From positions 133,982,001 through 134,046,000 of the forward strand of contig NC_091988.1 in NCBI RefSeq assembly GCF_044704955.1: DNA of 64,000 nt, read 5' to 3'. Source of the DNA: Pristiophorus japonicus. Its lineage: Eukaryota. This document shows, piece by piece, positions 62,790 through 64,000 of this stretch. Below the pieces are notes generated by a model. It was not told the origin of the DNA, searched no databases, and saw only the letters and a program-made list of their open reading frames with translations. A program made the translations under genes and the position numbers. The stretch's first letter is position 1; each line of letters starts with the position of its first letter.

Positions 62790-63268
62790 ATCTTCTTCTG
62801 AGGCAGTCCCCTGGAGTCGAGAATGACTTGCTTCCACATTACAATGAGTTCTCAGGTGACTGAGACCAATGCGGGACCTACAGTCTCTGTCACAGGTGGG
62901 GCAGACGGTGGTTGAAGGGGCGGGTGGGTGGGGTGCTTGGGTTGTTGTACGCTCCTTCCACTGTTTATACTTCGTTTCCGCGTGCTCCCAACGAAGAGAC
63001 TCGAGGCGTTCCGCGCCTTCTCGGATGCTCCTCCTCCACTTTGAGCAGTCTTGGGCCAAGAGTTGGCGGGGATGTTGCATTTTTTCAAGGAGTCTTTGAG
63101 GATGTCCTTGAAGCGTTTTCCCTGCCCTCCTGGGACTCGCCTGCCGTGACGTTGCTTTGGGAGTCTAGCATCGGGCATGTGGACAATGTGGCCCGCCCAC
63201 CGGAGCTGGCCGAGAGTGGTCAATGCCTCGATGCTGGGGATGTTGGCCTGAGAGAGAATGCTGATGTA
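62790..63268 (-). mobile_element. RTE 3' fragment (second subfamily)
   Basis: QLRWAGHIVHMPDARLPKQ; CPTCDRDCRSRIGLSHLRTH. Confidence 0.88.
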
Positions 63269-63639
63269 GGGGTGTGAGAGAGAAAAGTAAGACTTGCATT
63301 TATATAGCGCCTTTCACGACCTCAGGATGTCCCAAACAGCTTTACAGCCAATTAAGTACTTTTTGAATTGTAGTCACTGTTCCAATGTAGGAAATTTACC
63401 AGCCATATTGGCACACAGCAAGCTCCCACAAACAACAGTGTGATAATGACCAGATGAACTGTTTGTGAAGTTGGTTAAGGGATAAACATTGGCCACAACA
63501 CCGGAGAGAATATCAGTAATGCAGCAAAATGGTAATCTAGTAGGAAAAAAATTAGGCATAATTTGAGTTAAGCAACTTTGAATTGAGAGGAGTAATTGTT
63601 GACAGTAGCTATGGTTGGAAATCACAGAATAGAATATTA

Positions 63640-64000
63640 GAATCATAGACATTTACAGCACGGAAGGAGGCCACAGGCCCATTGTGTCCATGCCGGCCGA
63701 CAAAGAGCTATCCAGCCTAATCCCACTTTCCAGCTCTTGGTCCGTAGCCTTGTAGATTACGGCACTTCAGGTGCACATCCAAGTACTTTTTAAATGTGGC
63801 AAGGGGTTCTGCCTCTACCACCCTTTCAGGCAGTGAGTTCCAGACCACTACCACCCTCTGGGTGAAAACATTTCCCCTCAAATCACCTCTAAACCTCCTA
63901 CCAATTATTTTAAATCTATGCCAGTTGGTTGTTGACCCTTCTGCTAAGGGGAATAGGTCCTTCCTATCCATGCTATCTATACACCTCATAATTTTATACA
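63640..64000 (-). mobile_element. CR1 3' fragment running off the window
   Basis: ORF 63717..63989 is the CR1 C-terminus. Confidence 0.88.

Overview
Vertebrate genomic DNA, almost certainly from a shark or other cartilaginous fish, judged from its repeats (CR1, L2, RTE and Tx1-like LINEs, Deu-domain SacSINE1/AmnSINE-like SINEs, Harbinger elements). The species cannot be fixed from the sequence. The main finding, largely invisible in the ORF track, is a complete 9-exon CD40/TNFRSF5-like gene on the + strand (ATG 20439, stop 48499). I assembled it by hand from GT-AG splice sites into an 834-nt, 277-aa frame with a signal peptide, four TNFR cysteine-rich domains, a TM helix and a 57-aa tail carrying a PIQE TRAF-type motif. 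A CpG-island promoter (three ACTACAnnTCCC motifs, YY1, NRF1) with a non-coding first exon on the - strand lies about 6.4 kb upstream, head-to-head; from human synteny it may be NCOA5 (inference only). Most of the remainder is transposon-derived: a decayed two-gene Harbinger with nested and adjacent MITEs, a Tigger-like MITE, solo LTRs, multiply nested CR1/RTE/Tx1 insertions, and three minisatellites in CD40 introns 6-8. I found no convincing new multi-gene system. The best leads are the divergent CD40 signalling tail, a 67-bp satellite that appears to have grown inside an LF-SINE-like element, and a possibly target-specific Tx1-like LINE. Repeat family names come from recall, not database searches, and repeat boundaries are approximate unless TIR/TSD evidence is cited.
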